Positions 31,916 through 32,000 of a stretch of DNA of 32,000 nt are shown here, piece after piece. Under the pieces are notes generated by a model. The model was not told the origin of the DNA, searched no databases, and saw nothing but the letters and a program-made list of their open reading frames with translations. Made by a program: the position numbers and the translations under genes. The DNA lies in NCBI RefSeq assembly GCF_000146505.1, contig NC_017448.1, forward strand, positions 2,580,001-2,612,000, read 5' to 3'. Numbering within the stretch: the first letter of the stretch is position 1; each line of letters begins with the position of its first letter. Source of the DNA: Fibrobacter succinogenes subsp. succinogenes S85 (GTDB lineage: Bacteria > Fibrobacterota > Fibrobacteria > Fibrobacterales > Fibrobacteraceae).

Positions 31916-31947
31916 GGGTCCTGGCGGATGCTAGGACTCTTTTTTTA
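31916..31947 (+). terminator. Intrinsic terminator after the esterase gene
   Basis: GGGTCCTGG (31916-31924) pairs with CTAGGACTC (31931-39), including G-U pairs. An 8-T run follows. Confidence 0.65.
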
Positions 31948-31981
31948 CAAAATGCGTTTTTTGAGCGAATTTCGCAATTCA

Positions 31982-31997
31982 TTGACAAAACGTCCAT
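31982..31997 (+). promoter_or_regulatory. TTGAC-N6-TCCAT box at the window edge (the gene it precedes lies beyond the window)
   Basis: TTGACaaaacgTCCAT, directly after the esterase terminator. Confidence 0.3.
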
Positions 31998-32000
31998 ATT

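Overview
This window looks like a Fibrobacter succinogenes-type chromosome segment. The taxon call rests on three tandem 'Fibrobacter succinogenes major paralogous domain' lipoproteins, a TIGR02147-like gene, and modular hemicellulases that end in a short basic C-terminal domain. All family assignments come from motifs I recognised by eye; no searches were run.

Gene content, left to right:
- 2-430: a 5'-truncated AraC-type regulator.
- 458-4420, minus strand: a tightly packed operon of divIVA, DUF167, a degenerate-GGDEF sensor and an intact GGDEF sensor.
- 4421-4827: a repeat-rich divergent intergenic region.
- 4828-7442: the conserved rpmH-rnpA-yidD-yidC block. rpmH is below the ORF-track size cutoff, and rnpA has no canonical start codon where homology says the protein begins.
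- 7623-9928, minus strand: two lipoprotein-type peptidoglycan-turnover enzymes, a GH3 NagZ-like enzyme and an S66 LD-carboxypeptidase.
- 10092-10865: an orphan protein.
- 11072-13793, minus strand: a PorV/FadL-like outer-membrane barrel carrying a roughly 7-blade propeller insertion, translationally coupled to a small membrane-anchored protein.
- 13866-15056: a secreted triple-FKBP isomerase.
- 15252-18143: an AT-rich island of three tandem FISUMP lipoproteins.
- 18235-20318: an overlapping TIGR02147-like HTH gene plus a lipoprotein.
- 20441-31899: a same-strand hemicellulase array of three GH43 genes, one GH30 glucuronoxylanase-like gene and one CE6/SASA-type esterase. Each carries a CBM6 module plus a T9SS-CTD-like tail.

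The most interesting non-coding signals:
- A recurring TTGAC-N6-TCCAT box lies about 110 nt upstream of the GH genes and 72 nt upstream of the TIGR02147 gene.
- A conserved GGA-rich 5' leader stem-loop with a compensatory base-pair change precedes the three GH43 genes.
- A 700-bp orphan island (27425-28128) holds a 'ghost' copy of the GH30 promoter, leader and signal-peptide start, plus a hairpin-rich candidate sRNA or 34-aa ORF.

The long antisense ORFs across the GH genes are codon-aligned mirror ORFs caused by codon bias. They are not genes.
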